NCBI GenBank assembly: GCA_021613535.1
Contig: CP075497.1
Location: forward strand, 4,278,001-4,342,000
Length of the DNA: 64,000 nt
Reading direction: 5' to 3'
From: Adineta vaga
Taxonomy: Eukaryota; Animalia; Rotifera
Shown: piece after piece, positions 60,585 through 64,000 of the stretch
Layout: each line of letters starts with the position of its first letter
Numbering within the stretch: the stretch's first letter is position 1
The notes under the pieces: model-generated
Told to the model about the DNA's origin: nothing
Databases searched by the model: none
What the model saw: the letters and a program-made list of their open reading frames with translations, nothing else
Program-made: the position numbers and the translations under genes

Positions 60585-62027
60585 TTATTCACATGTTGGA
60601 AACATATTTTCTCTAGCTGCTTTAGCCATATCACCACTCCAAACATAAAATATTACAACGAACACTGTGGTACTATCTTTACTCTTCGTAACTGCACGAC
60701 CAACACCCATTTTCGTTGAAGATTTCCAAATGATCTTTGCGAAATGACTGGCAAATTTAAAATCAGGTTTATCATATTTATAAACTTTATGTTCATTATA
60801 TAATAAATCAACAGGAATACCACCTAAACACATAAAGTAATTTTAGTGAAACAAATTATAAAATCTATGTTTTTTACCATGAAGATATTCATCATATTGT
60901 TGATAATAGGCACTTATCATTTGCTTTGTATCGTATTTAGGTGGAATTTCATCAGCAATAGCAAACTTATCAGCATGCATTTGAGCAATGTCATTGAGTT
61001 GACTGTCCAATGTCAATGGAGGTACACAATGTTTCTGGCGTTTCAAATTATGACGATCTAGTGCTTGTTATCGAAATGCTTCTAAAGAATCAGACACTCG
61101 AATACGTTGTTGCGGTGCTAAATAAATAAAAACGAAAGTATCATAAACTATAAATCGTTCTTTCAATGAATTTACCAATGCAACGTCCAGTGGAACTCGA
61201 AGTTAGCGTACCGTCCAATGAATCAAAACTTCTCATTAAATAGCAAGTTCGATCACTATCACCTGTATGAGCCCACCCATAACAAACATTCGACTCATCA
61301 CACTTTGTCATACAATCTTCTGCAGTAGCAACATCATACACAACTCCCGAACCATAACCAAGATACTGGCCAGGCTGATTTTCAGTGCATTTGACCTTCA
61401 TCGTGCTACCTGAAAAGGATTAATATTTAGAATTCTCGAATATTTACCAATTTTATCTTAAATATCAAAGTTGATTTTAATGAATTATTTCATTTTTAAT
61501 TTGAATATCTTTCGAAATTATCGAATCATTTCTCGAATACATGATTTGTTGGCTATATTTACCAATACACGGTCCAGATCTTACATTTCTGTCTTCCAGA
61601 ATACCATTGATTTCTTTTAAACCCCAACAAAATTTAAATGATGGATTATATGACCATCCCGTACATTCTTTGCTTGTTTCGCACAAATCCATACACATTT
61701 GAGTTCCATCAATACCATAACGGCTTATTATTTGAGTTCCTGTCCACGAATATCCTTCTAAAAGATCTGCTGTACAATCGCCTTCTCTTTCAACTCCTAA
61801 AAAACAACAAAATGTATTTGTGCAGAATAGTATAAGCATTCTTTCGATATCTTACTAGTTTGGAAAAATAGCTGATTATCACTACTCAATTCTAATCTAC
61901 GTAACAGTTGATAAATTCGTTTGACTTTTGAATAGTCATCGTTTTTCATTTTATCATGACGAATTCCTTCCGCAATACCATTCGTCATTAGGATTCCAAT
62001 GACGAAAATTTGAGTTAGAAATGACAT
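60585..62027 (-). pseudogene. Secreted protein with signal peptide, two PAN/apple-like domains and a GAPR-1-like CAP/SCP domain. In-frame TAA before the CAP domain
   Basis: Signal MSFLTQIFVIGILMTNGIAEG. PAN-like CMDLCETSKECTGWSY..CW and CMTKCDESNVCYGWAH..CYL. CAP motifs HNLKRQKHCVPPL..L..AQ and HFAKIIWKSSTKMGVG. TAA at 61068-61070 (AFR*QALDRHN). Confidence 0.7.
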
Positions 62028-62705
62028 TGTATGATATTGTGAATTTCTAAATAAAAAAAACAAATGGTAAAGCACTTTGATAGTTATGAAAAGATGAAAT
62101 GAGAAAAACTTGTCAGAAAAGACAGGTTTAATTATGCATAAATGTATGATATAAATTGTTGAACTGTGACGAAGATTTAATGAATACTATGTATAATTTC
62201 GTCTAATCATCTATTTATTTATCTTCTCTATCGACACTAAACATTCCATATGTCAATTTGAAACGAAAACAATGTAGATAAATATGATTGGTGTGGTCTT
62301 GTTTTTCTTATGATGATTTCAAAAATAACAGATATATTACATGATAAATAATGGGTTTTTTATTACCTTATTTTTGACAGACTCGTTTACGAAACTAATA
62401 ATTACATATCTTTCTATCATTTATTTGAATTAACCAGTTGATAGCGTTTATATAATATGAAATATTTCTCATCAATACTGCAAGCTCTATAACAGTAAAA
62501 AACATACATATTCACGGTAAATATTTTTAAGCTGTCACGGTATCGATCGGAATTGGGAAAACCTAAACTCCGTAAAGGTAGATAGCATTTTTCTATTTCA
62601 TATTCATTATTAATATTTTCCAAGTCAAACTAAGATGAGATTGTTTAGACTGTATCCAGTTGTTTCTAAACTATGATTTTTTTCAGATAAAATTAACTCA
62701 TTCAT

Positions 62706-63577
62706 ATGAAAACCTTGATTATTTTGAATTTTGTGTTATGTTCTTTGGCGATTTCATCAAATGCAGCCCGATGTGATATGAAACTTGATAAACGAGCATT
62801 AGTTGGAGGCATCAACCTATGGCCCGAAGGAATTGTTCCTTATAAAATCGATTCAGAATTTTCAGAAGATCATAAACAATCAATTGTAGCTGGCTTGGAG
62901 GAAATTACGACTAGAACAGAGAATTGTATTCGTTTTGTTGAATACACTGAAGAACATTCTAATTGGGTAAATATTGTTGATAAATCTGGGTATGTATCCA
63001 AAAATTGATTATTCGGTGAAAAGTTTAATTTACAACGTAATTCATTTTGTTAGATGTTGGGTTGATACTATTGGTATGAAAAAGACACCTGGTTCTCAAC
63101 AACTCTCGCTTCATCATAGTGGCTGTGTGACAAGAGATACAATAATACATGAAACTATGCATGCACTTGGTTTTAATCACGAACAAATACGTACAGATCG
63201 CGATCAATATGTAAAAATTCTTTATGAAAATATTGACCCAGGTATGATATTGAATGAATTATCAATGGTCATTTTGAAAAGAAATTTTATTTAGATTTCT
63301 CATCTAATTTTGATAAAGCTCAGAATACAGGAGTAGAAATTCCTGAATCACCATATGATTACAGTAAGTTAATTAAATGATGAATACTTGATAGTAAAAT
63401 TAATCGTATTTAGTGTCTGTTATGCATTATTATTCTAATGGTTTCTCTCTCAATGGTCTACCTACAATAACACCTGCTTTGAAAATTCAAAGAAAATGGC
63501 GATATAAGATGGGTAGACCATCAACCGCTTCTGATGCTGATATTTACAGAATTAGGAAAGTCTATGGTTGCATTTAA
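62706..63577 (+). CDS. Secreted astacin-family (M12A) zinc metalloprotease
   Basis: Signal peptide, LWPEGIVPY, NCIRF, HETMHALGFNHEQIRTDRD zinc motif, Met-turn SVMHY. Stop at 63575-63577. Confidence 0.93.
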
Positions 63578-63675
63578 AATAAAAACTTTTCTCTTATAAG
63601 GAAAAATATTAGTTAAAAATCATAATTAAACATTTTTTATCTTATAAAAATAAAATAAATTTGTTTCTGATTTGT

Positions 63676-64000
63676 TCATAGTAATTGCGGAAGAATTTGT
63701 GCAGCTGGACCATGAAAATGATGACTAAAATGAAATGAATAAAAAAGAAAAATAAACGTTGCAATTGATGTTGTTATTTCAATATTGATTTTAACAACAG
63801 GAACATTTCTATCAGCAAGAATTGATGCGTAACCAGCTGCAGGATAAACAACACATGATGTTCCAATCTGAAAAGAAGACAAACTTACAACTAAAAATAA
63901 GTCACATAATTGGACTTCTTTATCAATTTTTTTCTAAAACATCAGACCAAATTTGTTCAGCAAAAACCAAACAATATGTGGACGAAGAAGAGATTGACAT
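63676..64000 (-). pseudogene. SIRT5: Class III sirtuin (SIRT5-like) 3' part, frameshifted; gene continues beyond the window
   Basis: CQSLLRPHIVWF, CDLFLVIGTSCVVYPAAGY, HFHGPAAQILPQLL. Between them the expected AEQIWSDVLEKIDKEV is out of frame and the main frame hits TAG. Confidence 0.7.

Overview
Eukaryotic, AT-rich, gene-dense animal DNA with many ~50-65 bp GT-AG introns. Composition, intron size and gene style suggest a bdelloid rotifer (Adineta/Rotaria-like), which is an inference. I can support 19 protein-coding loci: SLC25A22-type glutamate carrier (partial), ARHGAP1/8-type RhoGAP, an NZF/RanBP2-finger protein, PPP1R3, a zinc-finger/AT-hook/WD40 GTF3C2-type protein, TAF2, a NUAK kinase, twinfilin, ALAS, AMP deaminase, MED22, MCM4, ZC3H4/6, ACSF2-like, Abl, BCKDK-like, a secreted PAN-PAN-CAP protein, an astacin and SIRT5 (partial). 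Four things stand out. (1) The NUAK locus has three phase-matched alternative first coding exons and two alternative last exons, each supplying its own end of the kinase domain. (2) ZNF512-like C2HC/C2H2 finger pairs are fused to the TFIIIC110 WD40 domain. (3) Several co-directional gene pairs lie 200-500 bp apart with apparently unpaired splice acceptors, suggesting SL-trans-spliced operons. (4) Three genes in the last 12 kb carry inactivating lesions. No rRNA, tRNA, CRISPR or transposase could be supported. Gene models were spliced by eye, so exon edges are approximate.
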